Virus record (IMG/VR): IMGVR_UViG_3300025838_000019 | Coordinates: 102,640 to 166,639 of that record | Source: a virus | Taxonomy: Duplodnaviria > Heunggongvirae > Uroviricota > Caudoviricetes | Direction: 5' to 3' (one strand) | DNA: 64,000 bases | Part shown: positions 25,845 through 35,342 of the stretch, in pieces | How positions within the stretch are numbered: the first letter of the stretch is position 1 | Layout: every line of letters starts with the position of its first letter | Translations under genes and position numbers: made by a program | Notes under the pieces: model-generated | Told to the model about the DNA's origin: nothing | Databases searched by the model: none | The model's input: only the letters and a program-made list of their open reading frames with translations

Positions 25845-27373
25845 TGTTCACAACTAACAAAGTATCTAAGTCATTGCTTGATGCAGTATCTACCATCACA
25901 GAAGATAAAAAAAGAATGCTTACTGATGATGATTTAGATGAAACTGGTTTTCATAAAGCTGCTCATGCTGCTAAGAAAGCAAATCAGAAGCATTTTGAAT
26001 TCATGGGTAAAAAATATCCAGTTACAGCCAAGTCTCACAAAGAAGAATATGAATTGGCCAAAGAAGGTAACTGTGTTACACCTATGAAAGCAAAAGATAT
26101 TGCTAAAAAAGAAGTTGGCAAACATGAAAAAGGTATGCATGGTAAGAACGGTGAAGTAGCTCAACACGTTAAGAAAATGCACAAAGAAGAAACTGTAGAT
26201 GAAGGTCTAAAAGACACTTTGAAATCAGCAGGCAAAAAAGTATTGTCTAAACTAGGTCATGGTGACGATGAAGCTATGCGTAAAGACTTGCAAAAGAAAA
26301 TGGGTATGCCACAAACAGGTAAGAAACCAGAATCACCAATGGCATCACACAAAGAAGAAACTGAAGTTGCACCTTTGAACTTCAAAGAACGTTTGTTAGA
26401 ACGTGAAATGACCAAGAAAGAAAAAGCTAAGAGACATGAAATCTCTGGTGCTATGGAAAAAGACCCATCATACTTCAAAAAGAAATATGGCGCAAATTGG
26501 AAAAATGTAATGTACGCTACTGCTACCAAGAAAGCCATGGGTGAAGAACTTGAACAAGTAACTGAAGCCGAAACAAAAGATGTTGCAACAGATATGTTGA
26601 GTGGTCGTGAACAAGGCGAAGGAAAAACAAATAGCTTTAGAAACTTCAAAGTGAAAATTGAAGGCAGCCAAAAGACTGCAAGAGAACCTGAAGTTGAAAA
26701 AGCACCAGACTCAAAAGCAAAAGAATCTATCAAAGCTCACGGTGGCGGTGTAAACCCAATCGAACAACCAAAAATTGGTGTTGATGGCCACGGTAATGTT
26801 GAATTCACTAAACAAGGTTTCGCTGAAGAAGTAGAATATCTTGACGAAGCAAACATCACACACGCAGCTCACTTTGATGATCCAAAAACAGGTAAATGGG
26901 CAAGTATGGCTTTGTTGACTGCTAAAAACGATGCAGAAGCCATGGAACAAGCTAAAGACTTGTTGAGAACACATGCATATCGTCATTATAAATTGTCTGC
27001 TGTTGAAAAACACGAGCCAATTAAAATGAAGATGAAAATGAAAGAAGAAGTTGAAAACGTTGAAGAAGGTTGGGATGACATGATGAAGGATGTTAAATCC
27101 AAAAGTGCTCCACAACCAAACGGCGGCGCAGGTAAGAAACAAGGTTCTCGTTACGGTGGTTCTAAACAAAAAGACAAACCAGAACATGACGACAAACCAA
27201 TGAAAGAAGGCAAAGACCCTGAAATGGATTCTGGTGCCGGTTCTGCACCAAACTTTGCAACTCCTGCTAATACAACATCTAGTCCAGTGATGAAACGTGT
27301 TAAAGAAATCACAAAATCAGCAATGGGCCGTGTTAAGAATGAAATGTTGGGTAAAGCATCAGGAAACCAATAA
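25844..27373 (+). CDS. Lys/Glu-rich low-complexity protein (509 aa)
   Basis: Highly charged, KK/EE runs, no motif. Confidence 0.5.
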   Translation: MFTTNKVSKSLLDAVSTITEDKKRMLTDDDLDETGFHKAAHAAKKANQKHFEFMGKKYPVTAKSHKEEYELAKEGNCVTPMKAKDIAKKEVGKHEKGMHGKNGEVAQHVKKMHKEETVDEGLKDTLKSAGKKVLSKLGHGDDEAMRKDLQKKMGMPQTGKKPESPMASHKEETEVAPLNFKERLLEREMTKKEKAKRHEISGAMEKDPSYFKKKYGANWKNVMYATATKKAMGEELEQVTEAETKDVATDMLSGREQGEGKTNSFRNFKVKIEGSQKTAREPEVEKAPDSKAKESIKAHGGGVNPIEQPKIGVDGHGNVEFTKQGFAEEVEYLDEANITHAAHFDDPKTGKWASMALLTAKNDAEAMEQAKDLLRTHAYRHYKLSAVEKHEPIKMKMKMKEEVENVEEGWDDMMKDVKSKSAPQPNGGAGKKQGSRYGGSKQKDKPEHDDKPMKEGKDPEMDSGAGSAPNFATPANTTSSPVMKRVKEITKSAMGRVKNEMLGKASGNQ

Positions 27374-27374
27374 A

Positions 27375-28616
27375 ATGGATGCTAAAAAAGTAAAAGATAT
27401 CATTAAGAAAACGGTTGCACCAAAGTCTACCTTTGGCACCGATCCAAGAGACCCATGGTCCGCAAAAGCTGGCATTGCTGAGTCAGCTTTGCTGGACCGT
27501 TACTTGTTGTCTAGAGGTATTCAACCAAAATTTGCAAGTAAAGATATAAAGGTTGCACACTCAAAGTCTAATGAGTTTAAGAAGTGGGCTCGTGACCATA
27601 TGAACACCGAAGAAATTCAAGTGGAAGATATGGGTCATATGGCAACCAAAGGTGAAGGTGGTAAAACTTCTGACCGTGCAGGTGAAATTAAAAAAGCAAA
27701 AGATTCTTATAAAGAAATCAAAACACCTCGTGGACCAGGTACTCACAACGAAGGTTATGATGATAACCGTACCGGTTTTGCGAAGAAATCACGTGAAGAT
27801 GATGAAGGTCATCCAAGAACTAAATTCAAAGCAAAATCATTGATGGACCGTCCACATACAGTTCATGTTGATGGTAAATCTTGGAAAAGATTCCCTAACG
27901 GTCACCAAGCACACAAGGCTGTAGAGACACTTACATCAAAAGGTAAGAAAGCTGTTGCTATCGCACATTTCAAAGAAGAAACTGGTTTATGTCCTTTGTG
28001 TAATGAGGATCCATGTTCTTGTAGTCACGGTTTTGTTCAAGAAGCTCGTATGACAGCTGCAATGAAACTTCAACGTGCTTTGGGTCGTGAACAAGAAAGA
28101 AGTGAACGTGAACGCCGTTTAGGTGCAGAGTTGATTAAAAAACCAACAACACCACAAAAACAAGACCACGATCCACTTTCACAAACACCTAAAATGACAC
28201 AGGAAGATGTTGGTGATGCAAAGGCTGCTGTTAATGCAGATGGTCTACCTAACGCACAACTAGAACCGGTGTCAGAAGTTAAAAAACAACTATCAAAATC
28301 GGCTCGAATGCTTAAATCTATCTTTAAAAAAGATATGATGAAAGAAGATATGTACGACCATGAGAAAGAAGATAAGTCTGTTGCCACATACGGTAAAAAA
28401 CCAAAGATGGACTCAGCAGACCCAAAAGACAGTAAAGGTGAGAATAAACCACAAGCTGCCGCAGTTCTAACTGGTGGTACAACACTAACAGGTCAAAAAC
28501 GTGATACTATTGAAATTGATCCGATGATGAGAGCACGTCCTGGTCAACCTGATCCTACTAAGAAGAAGGAAGGTGAGAAGGATGACAAAAAAGACGATAA
28601 GAAAAAAGATAAATAA
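27375..28616 (+). CDS. Lys/Glu/Asp-rich protein with CPLCNEDPCSCSHG cluster (413 aa)
   Basis: ATG 27375 just after upstream stop; ORF track start 27297 overlaps upstream gene. Confidence 0.5.
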   Translation: MDAKKVKDIIKKTVAPKSTFGTDPRDPWSAKAGIAESALLDRYLLSRGIQPKFASKDIKVAHSKSNEFKKWARDHMNTEEIQVEDMGHMATKGEGGKTSDRAGEIKKAKDSYKEIKTPRGPGTHNEGYDDNRTGFAKKSREDDEGHPRTKFKAKSLMDRPHTVHVDGKSWKRFPNGHQAHKAVETLTSKGKKAVAIAHFKEETGLCPLCNEDPCSCSHGFVQEARMTAAMKLQRALGREQERSERERRLGAELIKKPTTPQKQDHDPLSQTPKMTQEDVGDAKAAVNADGLPNAQLEPVSEVKKQLSKSARMLKSIFKKDMMKEDMYDHEKEDKSVATYGKKPKMDSADPKDSKGENKPQAAAVLTGGTTLTGQKRDTIEIDPMMRARPGQPDPTKKKEGEKDDKKDDKKKDK

Positions 28617-28643
28617 GCCATAAGTTTTCAAAGGAGAAAAACC

Positions 28644-29264
28644 ATGCCAATGTGGGGTAATACTGACAACGCTAATAAAAAGCCAAAGTCACCAAACACA
28701 AGAAACGTAAGAGAAGTAATTCAGATATCACTAGGCTCTTGGGCAAACACAGGACAAGCTAACCTTACGTTAGTTTATAATGACGGTGCAGGCAACAACG
28801 TTGCAAACATCGGTGTTGCTACAGGTCAGTTCGTATATTTCTATCCTAACGGTGCGAATAATGCTGGTGGTGCTGCTGGTAACGGTTATCCAAGTATGTT
28901 TTCATCCAACAACACTGTATTGTCTATCAGCGGCAACACAGTAACATTGGCTGCTAACGTGTTTGCTAACACATCACCAGGCGCAACAATCGAATTTGAT
29001 AAGACACTTCCATATAACTCAAACAAAGTATATGAAAAGAACTTTAACCAAGACGTAGTATTGGTAACACCAACTCGTATGGCTAACGCATCATTTGCTA
29101 ATAACGCAACATCACATGCCGGTTGGGTAAAAGTAACAACAGGTACTGGTGGTCGTGCAGGTCGTGTTCAAACAGAAGTTTTGGTTGCATTGGCAAGTCC
29201 AACAGCAGCTAACACATTGTCTGGTAACACATCTAATAGTTCGACTTACTACGCTGGCGTTTAA
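28644..29264 (+). CDS. Asn/Gly/Thr-rich protein, possible virion component (206 aa)
   Basis: AAAGGAG RBS; composition like fibre/structural proteins; followed by strong terminator. Confidence 0.5.
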   Translation: MPMWGNTDNANKKPKSPNTRNVREVIQISLGSWANTGQANLTLVYNDGAGNNVANIGVATGQFVYFYPNGANNAGGAAGNGYPSMFSSNNTVLSISGNTVTLAANVFANTSPGATIEFDKTLPYNSNKVYEKNFNQDVVLVTPTRMANASFANNATSHAGWVKVTTGTGGRAGRVQTEVLVALASPTAANTLSGNTSNSSTYYAGV

Positions 29265-29270
29265 TGATAA

Positions 29271-29296
29271 GGGGTGCTTCGGCACCCCATTTTAAT
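29271..29296 (+). terminator. Rho-independent terminator-like hairpin with UUCG tetraloop
   Basis: GGGGTGC-TTCG-GCACCCC followed by ATTTTAAT. Confidence 0.6.
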
Positions 29297-29683
29297 ATGT
29301 TTGAAAATCTTAATGATGACAATTTCATGATGTATGCGATGAAGTGCTATAACTCACCTCATTACATAATGTCTGAATTTGACGGAGATATGAAACGAAC
29401 AAAGTACCTAAAAAGACTTTTTCGCAGATATAAGAATGGTGGTTCGTTGAAGGAACGCCTGATACTAAACCACATTATTTTATTGAATAATGTTTTTGGT
29501 CCTGAAGCCACGGCTAGAATATTATTCTATAAGATAGAAGAACGTGATTATGATGTATTGAAAACTTTTTTGTGTTATCTAAATATTATGCCAGAAACGA
29601 TTTTGGGTATTAACGGTAAGGACTTGTCTTCTTACGAGATACCAATGAACGGCCAAGTTGCAGAAATACTAATAAAAATATGA
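29297..29683 (+). CDS. Hypothetical protein (128 aa)
   Basis: ORF track begins 29264 but those codons are the terminator hairpin; ATG 29297 follows it. Confidence 0.45.
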   Translation: MFENLNDDNFMMYAMKCYNSPHYIMSEFDGDMKRTKYLKRLFRRYKNGGSLKERLILNHIILLNNVFGPEATARILFYKIEERDYDVLKTFLCYLNIMPETILGINGKDLSSYEIPMNGQVAEILIKI

Positions 29684-30189
29684 GAACATTCAAACAATAC
29701 GTAAACGAAAGATGCTGGACAGGTTACAAACCAGTACCTGGCAAAAAGCCATACTCTAAAGGTTCATGCAAAAAAGAAGATATCAATTATGATATCGAAA
29801 TGTATGAAGCTGACGATGAAGAAGAATTCACTCACGTTTTGGAAATGGTGAATGAAGAAGGTGAAGAACTGGACTTGTTCATTGTTGCTGAATCTGATGA
29901 AGATGCAGAAACACTTGTAGACCTAATTGAAACAGCTGCATGGCAACGTAAAGAAGGTAAGAGTGCAACTGGTGGACTAAACGCCAAAGGTATTGCATCA
30001 TATCGTAGACAAAATCCAGGTTCTAAATTGAAGAAGGCTGTTACAGGCAAAGTAAAACCTGGTTCTAAAGCTGCTAAACGTAGAAAATCATTCTGTGCTC
30101 GTATGTCTGGAATGAAAGGCTCTATGAAGAAACCAAATGGTGAGCCAACCAGAAAAGCACTAGCTTTACGCAAGTGGAAATGCAGATGA
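29680..30189 (+). CDS. Hypothetical basic protein (169 aa)
   Basis: ATGA-coupled ORF. Confidence 0.45.
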   Translation: MRTFKQYVNERCWTGYKPVPGKKPYSKGSCKKEDINYDIEMYEADDEEEFTHVLEMVNEEGEELDLFIVAESDEDAETLVDLIETAAWQRKEGKSATGGLNAKGIASYRRQNPGSKLKKAVTGKVKPGSKAAKRRKSFCARMSGMKGSMKKPNGEPTRKALALRKWKCR

Positions 30190-30383
30190 AAAAATTTAAA
30201 GACTACATAACAGAAATGGGTGCAGGTGCTGCAGCTGCTGCAGGACCCACAAACGCTGTTAGTTCAGGCGCAATCGCTGGTTCTGGTGGCAAAGGCGGAG
30301 AACCTGGTGTTGATATGAAAAAACGAAAACGCAATTATAATCCCATCATGATGAGTATGGGTAAAAGAAAGGCGCAGAAGTGA
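30174..30383 (+). CDS. Gly/Ala-rich small protein (69 aa)
   Basis: Coupled ORF. Confidence 0.35.
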   Translation: MEMQMKKFKDYITEMGAGAAAAAGPTNAVSSGAIAGSGGKGGEPGVDMKKRKRNYNPIMMSMGKRKAQK

Positions 30384-30616
30384 TTTTTGATGATATTGTA
30401 AATTATGTTGAAGATCAGTTTGGCATCAGAGTTCAAACTGAAAAAGCTGCAAATGTAATGTTTATGAAAGTGTCTGGATTGGATGATGTTAGTTTGGCTA
30501 GATATATCAACGAAAAATACGATGTTAATATAATTACAAGAAAAGTTGAAGGGTATAAATTCTTCAACAATGATTGGATAAAAATAGAGAATGTGGATTC
30601 TAAAGTTCTTACCTGA
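30380..30616 (+). CDS. Hypothetical protein (78 aa)
   Basis: Coupled ORF. Confidence 0.4.
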   Translation: MIFDDIVNYVEDQFGIRVQTEKAANVMFMKVSGLDDVSLARYINEKYDVNIITRKVEGYKFFNNDWIKIENVDSKVLT

Positions 30617-31028
30617 TTGGTTGTTTTATGTGATACTATTATGTGGCATCGCTGGCTTAGTTGCAACCTACATTCTCAAATATCTCTCTTTTATTCCCCT
30701 AATTTCAGTTTATAGACTTCCTATTAGAATTGCATCATGTGTTGCAATCGTGATTGGTCTATACATGTCAGGTGCAATACATGACAATAACGCATGGGAA
30801 GACCGTGTCAAAGAGATGCAAGCCAAAGTCGCCAAGGCTGAACAAGAATCAAAACAAGCCAACGACAAGATAAATGATAAGTCCAAGCAGAGATTGGACA
30901 GCAACAAACAAAAAGAGATCATCGTCAAACAATACATTGACCGTGAAATCACCAAATACGATAGTACTTGTGTAATTCCAAAAGAATTTGTGGATGCACA
31001 CAATCAAGCAGCGGAGCCACCAAAATGA
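30591..31028 (+). CDS. i-spanin-like protein (N-terminal TM + periplasmic coiled coil, 145 aa)
   Basis: TM helices at N-terminus then charged helical segment RVKEMQAKVAKAEQESKQANDK; embedded o-spanin start at its 3' end. Confidence 0.5.
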   Translation: MWILKFLPDWLFYVILLCGIAGLVATYILKYLSFIPLISVYRLPIRIASCVAIVIGLYMSGAIHDNNAWEDRVKEMQAKVAKAEQESKQANDKINDKSKQRLDSNKQKEIIVKQYIDREITKYDSTCVIPKEFVDAHNQAAEPPK

Positions 31029-31279
31029 AATATTTTATTCTGGTATTAATGCTTGCAGGATGTTCAACTACTGTTCCGGTGACAGCTAAATTTCCTGAAC
31101 CACCTAAATATACAGATAGGTGCCCACAATTGGAAAAACTAAAAGAAGATGCCAAACTGAGTGATGTGGCCACTACTGTTAATGTTAATTATTCTACATA
31201 TTACGAATGTGCTGTGAAAAATGATGCTTGGAATGAATGGTATCAAGTTCAGAAACGTATATTCGAAAGTGTAAAATAA
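31025..31279 (+). CDS. o-spanin-like outer-membrane lipoprotein (84 aa)
   Basis: MKYFILVLMLAGCS signal with lipobox LAGC; ATGA overlap with i-spanin stop. Confidence 0.55.
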   Translation: MKYFILVLMLAGCSTTVPVTAKFPEPPKYTDRCPQLEKLKEDAKLSDVATTVNVNYSTYYECAVKNDAWNEWYQVQKRIFESVK

Positions 31280-31896
31280 TGGAATTGACATTACAACAAC
31301 TCAAACAAATACTTCCAAAAAATCCATACGTTGAACACTGGTTTAAAGACCTAAGTCAACTATTTCCGGATTACGAGATTAATACGCCACAACGCATGGC
31401 GGCTTTCTTTGCTCAAGCCACACACGAGTCTGGTGACTTCTTGTGGTTGCAAGAAAACCTGAACTACAAAGCAGAATCATTAATAAAACTGTTTGGTAGT
31501 CATTTTCCAGGTGGTCTTGACGAAGCAAAACAATATGAACACAAGCCAGAGAAGATTGCTAACCGCATCTACGAAAAACGCATGGGTAACGGACCAGAAG
31601 AAACTGGTGACGGTTACAGATATTGCGGCCGTGGTCTAATTCAAGTTACTGGCAAAGAGAACTATACTTGGTTTGCTGCATCTATTGGTATCTCACCAGA
31701 AGAAGCTTCAGGTTATATGCAAACTTTTGAAGGTGCTGCACAATCTGCTTGCTGGTTCTGGGAAAACAATAATCTTAATCACTTTGCTGACATTGGCGAC
31801 TTTGTTACAATGACAAAGAAGATTAACGGTGGTACTATTGGTATTGAAGACCGTACTGCTCGTTACGAAAGATTCTTAAAAGTTTTTGGAGTCTAA
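31279..31896 (+). CDS. Endolysin, glycoside hydrolase family 19 (chitinase-like) (205 aa)
   Basis: AAFFAQATHESGDF...YCGRGLIQVTGKENY matches GH19 lysozyme/chitinase catalytic core; TAATG overlap with o-spanin. Confidence 0.8.
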   Translation: MELTLQQLKQILPKNPYVEHWFKDLSQLFPDYEINTPQRMAAFFAQATHESGDFLWLQENLNYKAESLIKLFGSHFPGGLDEAKQYEHKPEKIANRIYEKRMGNGPEETGDGYRYCGRGLIQVTGKENYTWFAASIGISPEEASGYMQTFEGAAQSACWFWENNNLNHFADIGDFVTMTKKINGGTIGIEDRTARYERFLKVFGV

Positions 31897-31897
31897 A

Positions 31898-32173
31898 ATG
31901 GACGACCACAAGTTAGTAAAGTTTTTCTTGTTACTATTGATATTGCCTGTAATTTTGGCAATGTGTAGTGGTGACAGATTCAGATATCCATGTCAAGACC
32001 CAGCTAACTGGGACAAAGATATGTGTAAAGCACCCACATGTGATGTGACTAGAACATGTCCTGAACACATCTTCAAAGGACAACGTGACCCAAGATTAGG
32101 ACCGCCAAATGGAACAACTCAAAGTATTACTCCAACGCCTACTGCACAAGGAGCCAACTGTAATGGAAAATAA
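31898..32173 (+). CDS. Small secreted/membrane Cys-rich protein (91 aa)
   Basis: N-terminal hydrophobic FFLLLLILPVILAMCSG then Cys-rich domain. Confidence 0.4.
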   Translation: MDDHKLVKFFLLLLILPVILAMCSGDRFRYPCQDPANWDKDMCKAPTCDVTRTCPEHIFKGQRDPRLGPPNGTTQSITPTPTAQGANCNGK

Positions 32174-32618
32174 CACACCTTTCATGTACACAGAAGAGCA
32201 GTTGATGGCTCGTCTGAAATTTTTTATCGGTATTTGTCTTGCTTTGACCTTGACAGGAATCGTATTTGTAGTATTATTCTCACTTATCTTTGTAACTCAA
32301 CCGTTGAACGCAATTTCTCCGATTGACCAAAAGTTTTTTGAGTTGATTATTCCTATTGCAACATTCTTGACAGGTACATTGTCTGGTATCATGTTGGCAG
32401 GCAACGATAAAGATGCACAAAGAGCTGCATTGCAAGCTGCAAACAAAGGATGGGAAAGAGTACCACAAACAACGACAACAACCATGTCTGTTGGTGGTAT
32501 GACAAGTACCATGTCTACGACTGCACCACCTGCACCGTCAGCACCGATGTTCACACCATCAGTAACAACAATTGGTGGCAAACCAGCACCAGTTCAACCA
32601 CCATTTCCAGTTTTATAA
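32163..32618 (+). CDS. Two-TM membrane protein with Thr/Pro-rich tail (151 aa); holin candidate
   Basis: Hydrophobic helices ICLALTLTGIVFVVLFSLIFV and IIPIATFLTGTLSGIMLAG next to lysis genes. Confidence 0.35.
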   Translation: MENNTPFMYTEEQLMARLKFFIGICLALTLTGIVFVVLFSLIFVTQPLNAISPIDQKFFELIIPIATFLTGTLSGIMLAGNDKDAQRAALQAANKGWERVPQTTTTTMSVGGMTSTMSTTAPPAPSAPMFTPSVTTIGGKPAPVQPPFPVL

Positions 32619-32687
32619 ATATAAGACTAGCATCGGGTACGAATCTTGCATGGATTCCGGTGCTGTCAACTGACTAAAGGACCCAAA

Positions 32688-32876
32688 ATGAAAAAGATTA
32701 TCGCATTGATAGCATTGCTAGCTGTAACAACCGTTTTTGCAGCTGAAGAAAAACAAGTTTGTGTCGATAAGACCGGTAAAGACGGTAAGGCACTTGTCGG
32801 CAAAGACGGCAAACCACAACAAACATGCAAGACTATCAAAGTACACAAAAAACTAGAAGTAGAAGACAAAAAGTAA
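32688..32876 (+). CDS. Small secreted protein with signal peptide (62 aa)
   Basis: MKKIIALIALLAVTTVFAAEEK; AAGGA RBS. Confidence 0.45.
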   Translation: MKKIIALIALLAVTTVFAAEEKQVCVDKTGKDGKALVGKDGKPQQTCKTIKVHKKLEVEDKK

Positions 32877-33307
32877 TGTCAGACGAATGTATCGATGTTA
32901 AAGTTGATGTTGGTAAACTACAAACACAGGTTGCCAATATTACTACACTTTGCGACAAAATGGACAAAGTAATCGATAAACTTGTGGATAACCACGACCG
33001 TATGGTCAATCAAATATATGACGATATGGACCGCAGAAAACAAGATACCACAACTGACATAAAAGAACTACATTCTCGTATCACCACAGTTGATAGAAAC
33101 CTATCAGATAAACTGGAAGCAACCGAAAAGAAGCTGATGGACGAGATAAAGTTGTTGCGTAACGATATTGCCAAGCACAACGAGAAAGAAGATTCCGAGT
33201 TGGCAAAAATCCTACAATGGAAGTGGATGGCTGCCGGTGGCATAATTGTAATTACATGGTTGCTTTCACACATACATTTTAGTATAATAGAGAAAATGTT
33301 GAACTAA
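32876..33307 (+). CDS. Coiled-coil protein with C-terminal TM anchor (143 aa)
   Basis: TAATG coupling; C-terminal WMAAGGIIVITWLLSHIHF. Confidence 0.45.
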   Translation: MSDECIDVKVDVGKLQTQVANITTLCDKMDKVIDKLVDNHDRMVNQIYDDMDRRKQDTTTDIKELHSRITTVDRNLSDKLEATEKKLMDEIKLLRNDIAKHNEKEDSELAKILQWKWMAAGGIIVITWLLSHIHFSIIEKMLN

Positions 33308-33322
33308 TTTTCTTTTTTCGTT

Positions 33323-34345
33323 ATGAGTGTTTTTATTGATCGATCTTTTTTACTTCGGGTATCTCCGAAGCTAAAACTCTTTACCCAAAAGAAAGAGGAC
33401 CTGTATAACTTCAGGTGTCCTCTTTGCGGTGACTCACAAAAACATAAACTGAAGTCCCGTGGGTATATCTACAAGAAAAAGAATGACTATTTTTATATGT
33501 GCCATAATTGTGGTGCATCAATGTCGTTCTACAACTTTCTCAACAAAGTAGACCCTCTCCTCATCAAAGAATATGCACTAGAACGATATAAAGTCGGTTC
33601 TGTGAATGGCCGTGGCACATCTAATACTAAGACACCAGACTTTGACGAATTCAAAACAGAAAAACCAAAATTCAAAACTAAAATTGAGTTGACAACGATT
33701 GCGGAGTTACCAAATACACACTTTGCAAAAGAGTATATCAAGTCACGGGAGATTCCCAAAGAACACTGGAATGATTTGTATTATGCACCAGACTTTAAGA
33801 AGTTTGTGGAAAGTTTGAATGTCGAAAAAGATGGTTTGATTGACGATGACAAAAGACTGGTCATTCCATTTTATGATTTTGATAAGAATCTTGTGGCTAT
33901 TCAAGGTCGGTCATTAACTGATTCAAAGATTCGTTACATCACCGTAAAACTTGATGATGATAATGCCAAAGTGTTCGGTCTTGATAGGATCAACATGGAC
34001 GAAACGATTTATGTTGTGGAAGGTCCTATTGACAGCCTGTTTCTACCAAACTGTGTGGCAACTGCCGATTCGAATCTTACCAGTATTACCAGATTACTGG
34101 ATAAGTCGAATGTGGTACTCGTGTTCGATAATGAACCTCGCAACAAAGATATCTGTAAAATCATTGAAAAAGCAATTGACGATCATTACCGTGTGGTAAT
34201 TTGGCCGGATATGATTGACAAAAAAGATATTAATGATATGATACTAGATGGCTTTTCACCTGAAGAAATTCGCTTCATCATAGATAAACATACACATGTA
34301 AATCTTAGAGCGAAAATGGAATTTATTAATTGGAAGAAAGTATAA
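33323..34345 (+). CDS. DNA primase, T4 gp61-like (340 aa)
   Basis: Zinc ribbon FRCPLCGDSQKHK...CHNCGAS; RLVIPFYD...IQGRSL and VVEGPIDSLFL...VFDNEPRNKD blocks parallel T4 gp61 (RLVIPIYN..., VLEGPIDSLFI..., LDNEPRHPD). Confidence 0.85.
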   Translation: MSVFIDRSFLLRVSPKLKLFTQKKEDLYNFRCPLCGDSQKHKLKSRGYIYKKKNDYFYMCHNCGASMSFYNFLNKVDPLLIKEYALERYKVGSVNGRGTSNTKTPDFDEFKTEKPKFKTKIELTTIAELPNTHFAKEYIKSREIPKEHWNDLYYAPDFKKFVESLNVEKDGLIDDDKRLVIPFYDFDKNLVAIQGRSLTDSKIRYITVKLDDDNAKVFGLDRINMDETIYVVEGPIDSLFLPNCVATADSNLTSITRLLDKSNVVLVFDNEPRNKDICKIIEKAIDDHYRVVIWPDMIDKKDINDMILDGFSPEEIRFIIDKHTHVNLRAKMEFINWKKV

Positions 34346-34346
34346 A

Positions 34347-34994
34347 ATGGAAGTGAAATTAGTGTCCTACTCACAAGGAGTAGATGGAAAGAATTTGCTG
34401 GATCAAGTTGCATATGCAGCTCGTGTATCTAACCCCGCAAACCAAAATAACGATGCGACCTCTGAAAAGTTGGTTCGTTATCTTATCAATCACCAACACT
34501 GGAGTCCATTGGAGATGGTTTCCGTGTGTTTAGAAATCAATACGACTAGAGATATCGCAAGACAGATTCTACGTCACCGTTCCTTCTCCTTCCAAGAATT
34601 CAGTCAACGTTATGCTGATGCATCACAACTTGGTTTTGAAACACGGGAAGCTCGTTTGCAAGATTTGAAAAACCGTCAAAACAGTATTGAAACTGATAAT
34701 CCCGAATTGAGTGGTTACTGGGAAAACCATCAACAACGTATTATCAAAGCAACAAGAGAAGCTTATCAATGGGCACTTGATAACGGTATTGCTAAAGAAC
34801 AAGCACGTGCGGTTCTACCAGAAGGCATGACAAAAAGTAGAATGTACATGAACGGAACACTACGTTCTTGGGTACACTACATACAACTCCGATCAGCAAA
34901 CGGAACTCAAAAAGAACATCAAGAAATAGCATTGGCTTGTGCTGATGCAATTGAACCTATTTTTCCAATGATTAAGGAATTCGTGAATGTATAA
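34347..34994 (+). CDS. thyX: Flavin-dependent thymidylate synthase ThyX (215 aa)
   Basis: ThyX motif RHRSFSFQEFSQRY (RHRxxSxxxxSxRY). Confidence 0.85.
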   Translation: MEVKLVSYSQGVDGKNLLDQVAYAARVSNPANQNNDATSEKLVRYLINHQHWSPLEMVSVCLEINTTRDIARQILRHRSFSFQEFSQRYADASQLGFETREARLQDLKNRQNSIETDNPELSGYWENHQQRIIKATREAYQWALDNGIAKEQARAVLPEGMTKSRMYMNGTLRSWVHYIQLRSANGTQKEHQEIALACADAIEPIFPMIKEFVNV

Positions 34995-35334
34995 TGATGT
35001 AGTAAAATTTATTGAAGCCTGTGACCAAGAGAAATCTGTACCTAACGCTTCACTCTATCGCAATTTAATTGCAGAAGAATTTAACGAGTTTATTGTTGCA
35101 CTCAACAAAAAAGATGAAGTAGAACAACTAGATGCATGTATGGACATGATCTGGGTTATTCTTGGTTTCTGTTATATGAAGGGTTACGATGTTAGTGGTG
35201 CATGGAATGAAGTTGCACGTTCTAACTTAGCAAAGATTAATCCTGAAACGGGTAAAGTAATTAAAAGAGAAGATGGTAAGGTGATGAAGCCAGAAGGGTG
35301 GACACCACCTAACCTGACACCATTTGTAAAATAA
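34987..35334 (+). CDS. MazG-like nucleotide pyrophosphohydrolase (115 aa)
   Basis: All-alpha NTP-PPase pattern with acidic EEFNEF and downstream helices; same position class as T4 dCTPase-type enzymes. Confidence 0.55.
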   Translation: MYNDVVKFIEACDQEKSVPNASLYRNLIAEEFNEFIVALNKKDEVEQLDACMDMIWVILGFCYMKGYDVSGAWNEVARSNLAKINPETGKVIKREDGKVMKPEGWTPPNLTPFVK

Positions 35335-35342
35335 TAATAAGG

